A DNA stretch of 64,000 nt. It comes from Lama guanicoe (taxonomy: Eukaryota). The first letter of the stretch is position 1. Every line of letters begins with the position of its first letter. The stretch lies in NCBI GenBank assembly GCA_013239625.1, contig MU053304.1, forward strand, positions 1,612,001 through 1,676,000, read 5' to 3'. A program made the position numbers and the translations under genes. The notes under the pieces are model-generated. The model made no database searches and was not told the DNA's origin. It saw only the letters and a program-made list of their open reading frames with translations. Of the stretch, positions 51,306 through 64,000 are shown one piece after another.

Positions 51306-52354
51306 AGGTGGTAAGAAGTGAAAGAATTAAGATGGAATGTTCAAGAGGGGAATTGGAATTTGTACAACTAGCTTTTACCAATTTTGTTCAGTTTATATTT
51401 GTGCCCATTTTAAGAATGATAACTGTAGTCTTACTGATTTGATTGTGGCTTTTACTTATTTACTTTTCATTTATTCATTTTATTCAGCTGAAAACATGTT
51501 GTTTTAGGCTAGAAAATTAGAGAAATATTGGTTCCTTACCTCCTTTAGTGTGCCAGAGACCCTTTATAGCTTGTCGTCACTGCTCTCTGTCCACTACTCA
51601 CACGTAAGTGAACGATGCAGTGCTCAGTGTGGGAGAGAAGCTTCTGTTAATACACTGTAGTTCATTGGTGCACCTGAGTATCTGACTTTGTTTTCAGTGC
51701 ATTCCATGTTTACGTTATGTCTGAGCAATACTGGGTGAAGTGTTGAAGGCGCTGCTAGTCAGTACTTAAAATTTAGCAGAAGGCGTGAGCATTACGTGGA
51801 GATGTTTTCTTTTGCCAGAATGGAGTGGTGAAATAGCTGCTTAGTTCCACTGCAGAGTTAGGTGAAGTGTTGAATTGATTCTGCATCCTCTGAATTTCAC
51901 CATTAAGTAGTTGCATCCCATATTATTGGAAGTCTGTGCTCAACTTCTTGTAATGTTTGAGGAAGGAATTCTACACTCAGGAGCTCCGAAAACAGAACCG
52001 TGGGAAGATGTACAGTCATTGTGGCCACTTCTCAAGTGGGTGGTGGACCGGGCTTTTCTTTTGTATCTTCACGTCTGAAAGGAATAATGTTTTCTTTGAT
52101 ATCTCACGGTGTGTTAGAGTTCGGAGACAAGGAATTTAAAGGATGGATTAATGAAATGTAGGTTAAAACTTTTAGGTCAAGGATGATTTGCTCTATATCC
52201 AGAAGCTTTTTTCTCATTTCTGATAAAAGTGAAATCTCTATGGGCATATTTCTTAAAACAAGTGGTGATGACTCTTTCAAAACAAACAAAAGCAACAGCC
52301 TCCTCTTTCCAAAGATAATTACAACATATAACTGAGTGCTTGTTCTTTTTATAA

Positions 52355-52720
52355 AAGACTTTCATTGTGGAAGATTTCAAACATGCACAGAAACGGAATT
52401 GTATAATGAACCTTAGTGTACCCAGGACCCAGCTACCACACCACCAACTCACAGCCACTCTTTTTCACCCATACTCTTACCCACTCCAATTATTTTGAAG
52501 TAAACTTTAGTTGTTATTTGATCTGTAAATATTTCAGGCTGTTTCTCTAAAAAAATGAGAAGTCTTTTTGAAGACATAGGCTAATACTGCGATTGTATAA
52601 TAAAATAGACATTTCCTCAGTGTCCGTAAATATCCAGTCAGTGTTCGTATTTTCCATACTTGCGTTTTATGTCTCTTAAAACTCACTATGTAGGTTCTCT
52701 CTTCGTTTTTTTCTCCTTGT
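52355..52720 (-). mobile_element. Old L1 3' end
   Basis: tggaagatttcaaacatgcacagaa..tataatgaacc..tgtaccca..tattttgaag. Confidence 0.6.
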
Positions 52721-55700
52721 AATTAGTTTACTGTATTTTCTAAGTGTTTCAGTTAACTTTCATAACTTAATGAAATAGTTATCTTCCTTTTATATAGATG
52801 AGGAAACTAAGGCTTTGATAGGTACACAATTTTTCCAAGGTGACATGGTTTCTGGTGGAGCCAGGATTTGAACTGACTCAAGAACTAGGCACTTTTTATC
52901 ACTTCCTCTTTTCTCTACTGTAGACGTTTAGGTATATTTTTTTTCAGACATTTTTTCCTATGTATGTACAGCATCTTGGGTACATATATTCTTGCAAACT
53001 TGTGCAAGGTTTTCTTCCCCCCCCCAGATTAGCTTCCTAGAAGTTTCCTAGAAGTAGAATTGTGGATTCTAAGGACATGAGTGGCAGTTTTTAATGTCTT
53101 AATGAGATATGGGGGAGTCATGTAAAGGTTGCAAAGGATTAGGCGATATGTAATGATAGCAAAAACAAATGTAACCCTGTCAGCTCTTAAACCTACCTAA
53201 TATTAGAATAATCTAAGGGGATTTTAAATAATAGTTTGATTTTCCTTTACTCCCATTCTGATAGGGCCCTGGAATCTGTATGACAGTCATTAGCACTTAC
53301 TTATTTTCGGTAAAGATGCTCCTGTTTATAGGAATGTGGGGCACTGACCATTAGAGTATGACATTCTAAATGTGGTTTGTTTTTTTAACCTTTGAAAAAT
53401 ATTTTCTGAATTTTAGGCACAACCCGTATGACACACATGATCTTAAACAAAATTTGGCACTGTACATTGTTCACCTTGTGTTAAAGTCACCAACTGTATC
53501 GTGACTCCCCAACTTTGAGTTACATTTTATTGCTTTCTTTCCCCTGAACCTTACCACAAATTTAGTAATATTTGTTCTTGAAGATTCTCTAGTTTCTAAC
53601 TCTTTTGATGACAGGCTACATACCTGTTGTTTGTTTCAAAGAGTTTGTACCAATCTTGAGATCACAATGTTGAAATAATTTTTGTTGCAAGGCTGGAATA
53701 GACTTTCTAATACAAGCTCTGTTAAATTAACCTCAGTTATTTCATTATTTTGGTAGAATTCACAGCAGAGACAAGAACATGTACTGAGGAAAATATTCTG
53801 AAAGTATTGCCTTATTATGTGTGTGCCTGTGCTCTAAAGGTCATTTACCACACATGAAAATGTTTTTGTCCATAGGGAGCACTTTGGTGTAATCTCAGGA
53901 TACTTTGTATTTTACTTTCAACAACAGTGATTCTTATCCAGCAGGCATCTCTCTGTCCTTTGGTGGAGAGAGGCATTTACAAATCATTCTCTCCTCCTTC
54001 CCTCAATAGCTCTTCCCTTTTGATTATCATTGTGCCTAATAGTGATGTTCCTAGGTCTTAATAAGGAAGAATTTTAAAAGTACTCTATTTAGGAAAAGCA
54101 AAAATAAATGTTTCTAAAATTCCATTCAGCTCTTAATTTTACAGACTATCTGCTCCAATAATCTTTCTCTTGTCTCTGCATTCCTGGGTAGGTAGAAAAG
54201 AACTTCTTTAAGAAGATGTACTAAAAATGCTAGTGTAAGCTGTCCTTCGACCCCCACTAACTGGCTAATTAAGGTAGCCAATAGATTTGGGATCTGTTAA
54301 AACTGGGTCTATGAGCTGTCTTTGGCACATGGACTGAAAGTTGCTGGCTCTAGTCTAATCCTTCAGATGTGAAGAAGAAAAAGAAATACTCTGTTAAATG
54401 CAGTTGTTATTCTGAAGGATTATACAAGCTATTTGAGTTAGGACAGGATTTATGTTAAGGAATGAGTTGCTCTATATTTTAGAAGTAGTTGGGCTGGGCT
54501 GTATGTGTTTGTGATAAATTGATTGATTGGTGACTTTATTATGGTGTTCTACAAAAGAGACTTTTGGAGCCAGGGATGGATAGACAATCTCTGGCTGATT
54601 CATTCTTTATAGTCTTCATTCTAGGCAGTTAACTCCATTTTCTGGGAAACAGGATTTGTATTACAAAATGACTTAAAAAAAAAAAAAGAACGTGTCTCAG
54701 TTATAGAAAACCTGTGAAAATAATCAGTTTTTGAGTGTTTTTCCAGTTTTTAGTAATGAGATCACATACTTTTTAAAAAATGAAAATGAGAAAAGAATGT
54801 GCTAAAACAGCTATTTTGAGGTTTTTTTCTGGTTACTTTTACTCACTAAGCATCACCTCCTATAGAGTTAAAATTACAACATATGTAATTGTTTAAAGAA
54901 TTTTTTGTATAGGGAAATAGCACAGGGTTTAAAATGTGAGAGGCCTTAAAGGGTCCTATTCTAACAAGGTAGCTGATTTAAATTATTTTTAAGTATATTC
55001 TCTATCTATCCATAATATTTAAGCCAATGGTTGTTTACATATATAGTAGTATATATGTTGATATGTCATATTCTGTGCCCAACATTCTTTACCTGCTTAT
55101 TTGCTTAACAAAATCTTGACAGTAGTTCCATTTTTAGAGTATAGAGCATTTTCCTTCTCACTGTGGCCGAGCCAAACAAAACTCTTAAAAAGTTTTCTTC
55201 CTGTTCTATAACTTACTTTCACAATTGTGCAGTAGCAGTATTTTTTCTTCTGTTTCTTGTATTAACTGTGCCCTTCCTTTTTGTATCCTTCCGATTGTTT
55301 CAGAACATCTTTTTACCACTTTGAATTGCTTCCCTCTGCCTGATAGTTAATTTCTCAATTTTGCTTTTGGTTATTTTCCCCCTTAGGGCTGAGCAGATCT
55401 TCTTGGTGGAAAGCCATTGTGGTACCTTTTGCTTGGTGGTTTAGTGATTGTTTGCCCAGCTGATCTTAATTTTGGAGTTGCTATTTCTCTTTACCTGCTT
55501 CTGTCTTTTCAGTTCTAGGTGGTTTTTTTGCCTTTGTTAATCAGGGTGTGTCCCTGCCTTATCTTCCTGCCATGCTGGCCTGGGAAGCTGGCCTGGGGAG
55601 GAGGGGGTACTTTGATCTTTTGTTTTCCTTGCTCCACAATTTAGTTTTTCCAAGGAAAGGTCATTGGTAGGTAACTTTAAGACCATCTTCTTACCTTAAA

Positions 55701-58004
55701 AACAAACAAACAAACAAACAAAAAAACTTCATGGTCTTTACCTCTTCCCTGTTTTTGTAGAGATTCTATTATATATGGCAGATTTTCTTCTATGATTGAG
55801 GGTATAGCCAGCTTTTCTCTAGTTTCGTTGTAAGTGGGAATTTCTTCTGAATTTTTAAGCATTTATTTTGCTTGATTTCAGGGAGGGAAATAAAAGGAAC
55901 CTTTACTCTGCTGTCTCATATCTAGGCTTGCAATAAGTATCTGGGTTAAATTAAAAAACCTTTTGAGTCAAGTGTGTTTAGACTCAAGAAATAATGGAGT
56001 CTCTATTATGTGTAATTAATGTATTTAACAGACAGCTCTGAACGTCAAGTTCTCAACAAAAAAAAGACCTTTCTAAGAGAGCTACAGCATGAATTGTATA
56101 GGTGTAAATGGTTGGCTCAGTACTCACAAGAGTAATATACTTTGTGAAAATCATGCCAAAATTAATCTCATCGACTCTTGCCGGATGGCATGGAAGGTAG
56201 ATGCTCAAGGCCTCTTCCAGTTGTAAGGTGTAGGTGCTGGCTTCTGTTTGTGTGCCCAGTGTTGAATTTAGTTGTTCAGTGTCGAGTGGTACTTGACAGT
56301 TCAAGTGTTTGCGGCAAGCACTTTAGTTTTTCATTTGCACTTTGTAATTGAAGGCAGAGTATAGAAATTATTCAGAGTTCAGACCCTGGTGGGTCAATTG
56401 TATTCTGTTTCCATCTTTGTAAATGGATTAGCTGTCAGCAGATCAATAAACAGAAAGTAGTTAAATTCATGTTTTGGAGTAGAATGGCATGATGGAAAGT
56501 GTACTTTGCACTGGCATTCTGGAGAGCTGGATTCGGCTGTGAGATGGTGTCCCTAAATAGATGTATGCTGTGGGGCAGTTCACTCTGGATGAGAATGTCC
56601 TCTTACATAAATAAGAAAATTACATCAGGTGTGGACTGGCACTCACACTGATGGTTTCTACTCTCAGTAGGTTCTTCCTGCTGCGGGGCAGTCCTCTTTG
56701 CCCATAGTCAGCTCCTTTCCTGTTTAGTTTGTATTAGATAACTCTTTGAAATCTCCATTCACTCTTACTTTTCTCATACTTTAAAATCTCAGATTCTGTT
56801 AAGGCATACATGTCCTTGCTGCCATTTGTCATCTTCTCGGCCTTGGAAATCAGTCTGCTTTTCTTATTTAAGACTTAGGCTCTTAATTCTTTCTTTTCCT
56901 CCTGTGGTATTTTGTAGTAAACTATACCTTATTCCCTCCCCCCACCCCTTTTCTTTCAGTAATTTTCTTTACATATATGAACATGCTCAAGACTTAATTT
57001 TTTTGAAAAAGGAAAAACAAGAAAATCACCTACACTCCTGCACACACAGCCTTTGTCAGTCCTGCCTCCCCTTACCTTGTTGGCTCTTTTCTCTTTGTCT
57101 TCTTTTTCTGCCCAGCATTTGCACACGAGGGTTGGTGTTTACTGGCTAATTTGACCGTACACTCTTCTCCCTGACCAGTTCTGGAAACCAACCACTCTCA
57201 CCAGTTTCTAAATCTGATGGACACTTTGCAGTTTTCTGTATTTGCCCTTTCTGTGACATTTGAACTTTCCTATCCTTCTTACTCCTCCATGCTTTTTGTT
57301 TTGTTGTGTACCTTCAGTGTTTATTCCCTATACTTCTGATGAGTCCTTGATTCTCCTCAACTAGATTCTTGCTTTTCTGTTTTCCTTAGATTTTAGTGTT
57401 TTCCACCCAGGGTCCCACCCTGGGCCTGTTCTCTTTATGCTCCATGCTTTTCCTGGAGGAAATGAATCTCACTGATTATCTTGGTTTCCTCTACCTCCTG
57501 CCTGCTGGTAATTTCTCCCATCTGCATATTTGGTTACCTACTTAATTCTATCTAGATCTTTATTTCCATCTGCATACTGGAACTCTTTATCTGTGAAGCC
57601 TACATGATAACTCCAAATTTGACATATTTAACACTAAACTTTATTTTTCTGCCCCATGTGTACCATTTGTTTACTACCATCTGTTTTGTATGATTTTTTA
57701 AAGTTAGAAGCATAACTTAAAACTATGGTGTAAACACAAAGATTTTATTCAACTCTGTAATTAATGAAGGGAACTTGTTAGGGTAAAGCTGGTTCAAATG
57801 GCATTTGAGGAACTAGATATTTATGCGCAATTTAATAAAGAATTTTTGATAGGTATGTCCTACCGAGCAGCAAGCTGTAGTCTTTGGGATTACCTTCTCA
57901 GCTGTTGTTTGTATTTCCACACAACACAAGAGCTGCAAGATAACATGTAAATTCATTGAAACCCTAATTAATAGTAAATAGCAAAGTTAATGCTTCTGTC
58001 TTGT

Positions 58005-58067
58005 AGAAAATTCCTAGGTGATCCTGTTAAATAGCGACCCACTAATAGGCTCACCTAGGATTTTTCT
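58005..58067. repeat. Inverted repeat: 25-bp arms, 13-nt loop
   Basis: AGAAAATTCCTAGGTGATCCTGTTA / TAATAGGCTCACCTAGGATTTTTCT: 22 Watson-Crick pairs, 1 G-U, 2 mismatches. Confidence 0.9.
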
Positions 58068-59387
58068 TTATGTGTCTTAGGATAACTTTTCTCAACCCTT
58101 GTCACCAGAGTAAGAAACTTATGAGACATTTTAATGATTTTATTCCCATGCATGCTGAAGTTTGATAAACACAATCCTAGACCTTCCCCCTCTGCAGTTG
58201 TATAGATTTTATTGTCTAAATGTTTCCTGACACCCATCTCTTCATTTCACCTTCCCTTGTTATCAGACCCTCATCCATCCTTAAGTCTGTTTGGTAGCTT
58301 AATAATTGATCTACTTATCTGTAGGTCTCAAACCCCAAGTTTTTAGCTCTGGGCCCTTCATGATACAGTTCAGACATCTTCTAGGTCCACCTTCTTTGCA
58401 GATTCCATGCTGCAGCCCCAGTGGGCTTACCCAGCATCCCTTTATCGTAACTTATTCTCTTTGTTCAGTGCCTGTCCTCACAGCTCTAAGCTTTCAACTG
58501 GACCTCCTCAGCCTGCTGAGGATGAAATTAAGTCTTTCTTTTTTGTTAACAACATTACCTTTGATATTGCTTCTCATATCTTTTAGCATATTTATAATAA
58601 TTACTCATTTGAGGATCAGTCAGTTAAACTGATTTTAAGGAAATGTAAAAGGATTAGAACCCTCTGGGTCTCCCCCCTAGCTTGCAATGTCATGGTTCTC
58701 TTAATGTTTTGACTTTTTACAAAAGGTACATGTGTAATTATTTTTCTTGATTCGTTTACGTGTATAGCATAATCATAAAGAGCATGAACTTTCCATCAAA
58801 CCTGTGTTTGAGTGCTGGCCTTGTAACCTGTTGGTTTTGTGGCCTTAGTTAGGGTCATTGTAACCTGGTGTGTGCCACAGTTTCTCCTAAGGAACATTAT
58901 TTCCAGTACCAATTTTGCAGGGTTGTGAAAATTAAATGAAAAAGCACTTTGCCTGGTACATGTTAAGCACAGAATAAACATTACCCATAATCAGTTTTGT
59001 TTTAGTATTCATTTTAAAAACCTATATTTTTGCCACTAAATGTTCTTTTCTCGTGTTAGAAAAATATAATTTGAAAGTACTATTTTTACATATTGCACAG
59101 TATTCCAACATGACATTAGAATGACTTTGCCCTTAAATTGAATTAAATGCTTACCAGACCCTATTCTCCAATAACCCAACCCTTTCCCCGTTACTCAGTG
59201 GCTCCTACTTTAATTTCTACACAAAACCATTCTGATTGCCTGGAAAACAAGACAGTACATTTTTCCCAGCTTCCTTAATGCAAACTAATGTAAACTAATG
59301 TTTAGTTTTTTTATGTTTAGTTCATTAAAGGTTACTGAACCACATTGCATGTTCTATAACAGACACAACTATTAAGAGCTGCACATT

Positions 59388-59757
59388 AGAGAAAGAAAGA
59401 TACCATATGATACCACTTATATGTGGAATCAAAGAGAGACAAACGAACTTATTTACAAAACAGAAACAGACTCACAGACATAGAAAACAAACATACCGTC
59501 ACCGGGGTGAAGTGGGTAGAAAGGGATAAGTTGGGGGTTCTAGATTTGCAGATACTAATATAAGTAACTAATACACATAAAATAGATAAACAAGTTTAAA
59601 CTGTATAGCACAGGGAGCTGTATTCAGTATCTTACAGTAATTTCTGGTGAAAATATGAAAACAAATATATGTATGTTCCTATATGACTGAAGTACTGTTC
59701 TGTACACCAGAAATTGAAACAACATTGTAAACTGCCTATACTTCAATTAAAAAAAAA
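59388..59757 (+). mobile_element. Lineage-specific L1 3' UTR (5'-truncated)
   Basis: gagaaagaaagataccatatgataccacttatatgtggaatc..cagaaacagactcacagacatagaaaacaaa..ctatacttcaattaaaaaaaa; same family as 19391-20010. Confidence 0.9.
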
Positions 59758-61464
59758 GTTTGACATTTGACTTGTAACTATACTATAGATACTAACTAGT
59801 GGTTTTTTTGTTACCTCCTTCCTAAATCAAAGTGAAATGTACACTGTCCCAAATGGTTTTATAGAATATTTTAAAATCATTTTTCTTCTTCTATTCCTTT
59901 CTTCTTCAGGATGGTGGACCCAATGACTCCCCTCCTCTTTCCCCAGATTCACCAGCCAATTAATTGTACTTACAGGCACTCATTAAATGGCTGCTGTGTG
60001 TCAGGCACTGTTCCAAGAGCCTTATGTGCGTTGTCTCTGATACTTAAACCTTAAAGCTAATAATGTTTTCTCTAGTTTAATGGAGAAAGAAACAGAGCTG
60101 AAAGTGAAATATGATGTAACTTACTGTTATTAAGTAGCATAGCCAGGATTTGAGACCCCGTACGTATTTCTGTATTGTGGTCTAGTTGGGGGGAATAGAG
60201 CAGTAAGCTCCTTGTGAGCAGGGATTCTTGTACTTGCCTCTGTATCTCAGCACCTCTCAATGCTTTGCTCTTCGGGAAGCTTAAAGGATATTCATTCCCA
60301 TTTTAAAGATAGTCATGTTTGAAGGCCTTGCCATTCTTAAGCAAGAGTAACTTCTATTACAAGCAAGGGTGACTTCTATTTCAATTTATTGTTGAGTTAT
60401 TTAATACTGTCACTGCCACATTTAGCCTACCATGCTTTCTCCAAGGATGTAGTCAGTCATATCCTTTTTGATCTAGTGTAGCAGTAGTTCACATCTGCAG
60501 TCTTGGTGTATACAGGCAACTTAATTTTGTAACACTTCAGTTTCCTTATTTGTAAAGTAGGAATAATAAAATGGCTTATAAGGCTCATTGGCATATTTAA
60601 ATTTTGCTTATAAGAATAAATGAGTGAAGTGCTATGGAAATTGTGTTTATTATTGTTGCTATTAAACTCCAGTTTCATAATCTGAAGCCAAATCAAGTCT
60701 CCTTGGGCCACATTTAAATAGAATGCATACAGAATTGGTGGGGGCTACACACTGGATAAAGAAGTTTCTCTTTAAATGTCAGTTGTGAAATCTGAGAACT
60801 TTCTATAGATACTGCCTGGGATATCGGGCTTTTAGGAAAATGTTTTCTGTGAAAATAATGTAACTTTCCTTCAGTTTTTAGAGTTGCATATCAAATAGGT
60901 AATAGTAGTGATTACACGGGTAAATGTAATAGCTTGGCTTGGGCCTGTTTGTGACCTTGTTCTGGATTACCGAATTGGAGACCTGTTCTCCAGCCTATCA
61001 ACTTCCTTCGTGTGCTAAAAATTCTGCGTAAGTCCAACTTTGTTTTTCTTTTATACTTTTGGTCATTTGACTAGGAAGAACTGCCATATCCTAAAGTTAA
61101 TTTTTGCAGCTTTTTTTGGTGTTCTGAAAGTTTTGCACAAATGGTTGAACTTGTTTTTTTTTACCCCTAGCTTTACTTCTCTTCTGTAATGTTGAGTTGC
61201 AAAATTAAAGGAAAATCAGTTTTCACCATGTTTGCAGTTGAAGTTTCCTTGAAAGAATATCCTGCTTATAACACTTCAAATGAATTTCAAAATGTAGATT
61301 AATACATAGTTCTTTTTTTCTGAAGAAGTTGTTTGCCCAAAGAGGTAAATACATTTTCACATAAAATTCAAATGCTGTTTAACCTGGACAGTAAGTAAAT
61401 TTGTTGATGCTTAGAGCTTAGAGCTGTGAACAAAGGCATCATGAGTTTGTTTTTAGGGCAAGCA

Positions 61465-61792
61465 TTTTTTTTTTTAATTTAGGTATAATTGACAGTCAGA
61501 TGCACAACATAATGATTTATTATTTGTATATATTGCACAGTGATCACTAAATCTAGTTAATGTCAGTCACCATACATACAGAATTTTTTTTCCTTTTAAG
61601 ATCTACTTTCTTACCAACTTTCAAACATGCAATACAGCAATATTAACTTTAGTCACCATGCTGTACATTAAATCCCTGTGACTTACTTATTTTACAACTG
61701 GAAGTTTGTACCTTTTGACTCCCTTTACCTATTTGGCCCACCTCCCACCCCTTGCCTCTGATAACCACCAGTCTGTTCCGTGAGTTTGTTTT
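61465..61792 (-). mobile_element. L1MA8/9-like 3' end
   Basis: T-tail then ggtataattgac..taagatctact..caactttcaaa..gtcaccatgctgtacatta..aactggaagtttgtaccttttgac. Confidence 0.82.
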
Positions 61793-63019
61793 CAATCTGG
61801 AACGTATCCATTAGTGTTTTTATGCCTTTCCTATTGCGTTCAAAGTCGCATATGCCATTTCTTTTATTTTAGTGCTTCAGAGATTAATATCAAAGGTTTC
61901 ATGTGAAAAGTTTTGGTGATTATTTTCACTGAAACAAGGGTCTATCTATATCTATCTATGTAATCTAAGTAATACACTACTTAGAAGAGTAGTGTATTTC
62001 AGGACTTGATAGTGTTATTAATTGACTAGACTTAAACCTTCTAGTTTCAACATTATGAGATAACCTATTAAAAATGAATCTTTGCGTTCAACATTCAAGC
62101 AATATAGTTTTTATATTAGTATAACTCACTTTTGTGTGTGTGTTTTTAAAAATATACTTAATAAAATATGGTAGTTATAATAATTGGTGATGACAGTACA
62201 GAATATTCACATAACAAGAAGGAAATCAGTGCATGGTGATTTTTTGGATTCTTATCTGGAGCCAAAGAAGAGTTAAATTTTGTGAGTTTGTGGGGGTGGT
62301 GATCTCTGGAGGGGATAGGTCTTCTCAGTATCAGGATTCGGAGGACTGTTTCCTCAACAGATGACTTGACCTTTCTTCATTTGGAATTGTCTGGGGTCAA
62401 ACTTGATCATCCCCAAGGGACCCTTCTGTCTCTGGATTCATTGTTACCTGGCAGGGAGGAGATCCCATATTTATTATATGTTAATCTTATATTTACTTTT
62501 GGGCAGTTCAAACTCCAAAGTTTAACAGACTCTGGCCTCCTTCCTTAAAGATTAGTTTTTGCCTTAAAAGCAGGTAGCACCTTGATAAGTGAGTGTCTTT
62601 TGCTTACCACTTTTTCTCTCTTAGATCTCAAGAATTGTACATGAGTGAGCTGGTACTGGTTGACCAGCTCTGAAGATGTTGGGGGTATTATTAAAGTTAG
62701 TTTGCCAACTACAGGTCAAATTAACCAGCATGACTTAAATTGATTTGAATGACTTAGCATGCCATGACATACAGTGGGCATTTAGTAGCATGAAGTGGGC
62801 AGGTGAAATCTACTAACTTTATTTCATAACAATATTCTTTGGTTTTCAAAGTGAAAGCAGCAGTATTGTGCTGTTCTCTTGTGTTCACACTGTTTAGGGT
62901 CCAAGCAAGATGGCCCTGAGATGGTATTTGAAGTGGTAAATCTTCTTGGATGAATTCTGAAATAGATTGGTCTCTGATTTAATTCCTGAATGGGGTGCAG
63001 TTGTTCTCTATGCAGTACA

Positions 63020-63150
63020 GCCAGGAGGGCGCTTTTAAAACATGTGTCCAATTTCATACCCACAGAATCGATTTCTGAGGGTAGAGGTCAGGCATTTTTT
63101 GACAAAGCTTCTCAGGTGATTGTGATGCTCACCTTTAATTAAGAACATTG
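63020..63150. mobile_element. MER5-like MITE fragment
   Basis: gcttttaaaa..acccacagaatc..tctgaggggtagaggtcaggcatttttt..agcttctcaggtgattgtgatg..taagaacattg. Confidence 0.55.
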
Positions 63151-63289
63151 TGTTTTCTTCATAGCAAAATTCACTTTTGAAACTATTGGTAGAAATTAAT
63201 ACTCATGTTGACAGTGGTTTTTATGGTGAAGTTCCCCCCAATATATTTATTTTACCCCCAGTTTTCTTTTTATTCTTCTGAATACTTAT

Positions 63290-63540
63290 AGTAATAGCAA
63301 TAGTGGTTAAATATGTACAGAGCCATTGCTGTATGATAGGCACTATCTTAAGTGATTTGCATGGAATTTTTCTTTTAATCTTCACACCTGCTCTATGAGG
63401 TAAATTCTTTATCCCCGTTTGGTAGACTGAAGCATAGAGAAGTTTATATACAAAGTCATACATTTTGTTGGTATTGAAGTTAGGATGCGAGCTCAGTCAG
63501 AGGCAATTTGACTCCGTAGCCCAGCATTTGTAATAGACTG
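63290..63540. mobile_element. MIR SINE
   Basis: taggcactatcttaagtgatttgcatg..tttaatcttcac..ctatgaggta..atccccgttt..actgaagcatagagaagtt..tgactccgtagccc. Confidence 0.78.
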
Positions 63541-63624
63541 ACCTATCTTACTGCTGTCAAAGGATAAATAACAAAAATGACTCCTTTCATCCCAAACTTC
63601 AGACTCCCAGTCCTCTTTCTAAGT

Positions 63625-63956
63625 CGGTTAGTACCATCTGCATGGGGTACGTTTCAGGATCTCAGTGGATGCCTGAAACCATGGGTCGTACCAAACCCTG
63701 TGTGTACTATGTTTTTTTCATGTACTAATGGGTGGCTACCATATATAGTGCATACGCTGGACAGAGGGATGTTTCACATCCTGAGCGGGACAGATAGGGA
63801 TGGCGTGAGGTTTCCTCACGTTACTTGGAATGTTGTACAATTTAATTAAAACTTATGAGTTAGTTATTTTTGAAATTTTCCATTTAATATTTTTTACCAT
63901 GGTTGATTTGGTAGGTAACTGAAACCATGGAAAGCGAAACTGATAAGGGGGAGTGG
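63625..63956. mobile_element. MER44-like Tigger MITE
   Basis: cagtggatgcctgaaaccatgg..taccaaaccct..acgctggacagagggatg..aaaacttatga..ggtaactgaaaccatggaaagcgaaac..gataaggggg. Confidence 0.82.
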
Positions 63957-64000
63957 TTAACAAAATCTGTTTTATGAATTTTTCCACCAATTTTTAAAGT

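Larger units (their letters stand above)
28904..64000 (+). other. TRIP12: TRIP12 intron 1 (partial, runs off the right edge)
   Basis: GT donor at 28904; the ATG-bearing exon (MSNRPNNNPGG..) was not seen; T/G-rich, repeat-laden sequence. Confidence 0.75.

Noticed and set aside
1..64000. CRISPR arrays, operons, prokaryotic or viral systems, NUMTs, processed pseudogenes
   Set aside because: I saw no repeat-spacer arrays, coding-dense foreign segments or recognisable retrocopies; the sequence is ordinary mammalian promoter and intron DNA.

Overview
Mammalian genomic DNA, very likely camelid (alpaca/llama/camel), inferred from the tRNA-Ala-derived SINE family and the L1 3' UTR type. The window is centred on a CpG-island bidirectional promoter (~27.8-29.6 kb). 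On the minus strand is coding exon 1 of FBXO36 (28264-28169, MASWLPETLFEIVGQGPAPSKDYYQLLVTRSQ), which ends in a non-canonical GC donor and is absent from the supplied ORF track. On the plus strand is the non-coding first exon of TRIP12 (donor after 28903). Everything to the left appears to be FBXO36 intron 1 and everything to the right TRIP12 intron 1; I did not find exon 2 of either gene by eye. The introns are filled with transposable-element remnants (L1, L2, MIR, MLT1, MER58, MER82, MER44, MER5, lineage-specific SINEs with clear target-site duplications). Nearly all listed ORFs are chance frames or TE remnants. I found no convincing novel biological system. The best second-look items are an unexplained 63-nt pre-miRNA-like hairpin, the GC donor, an RFX X-box at the FBXO36 start, an L1 with a doubled 3' UTR, and multi-level nested insertions. 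Gene and repeat-family names come from recall rather than database searches, and old-repeat boundaries are approximate.
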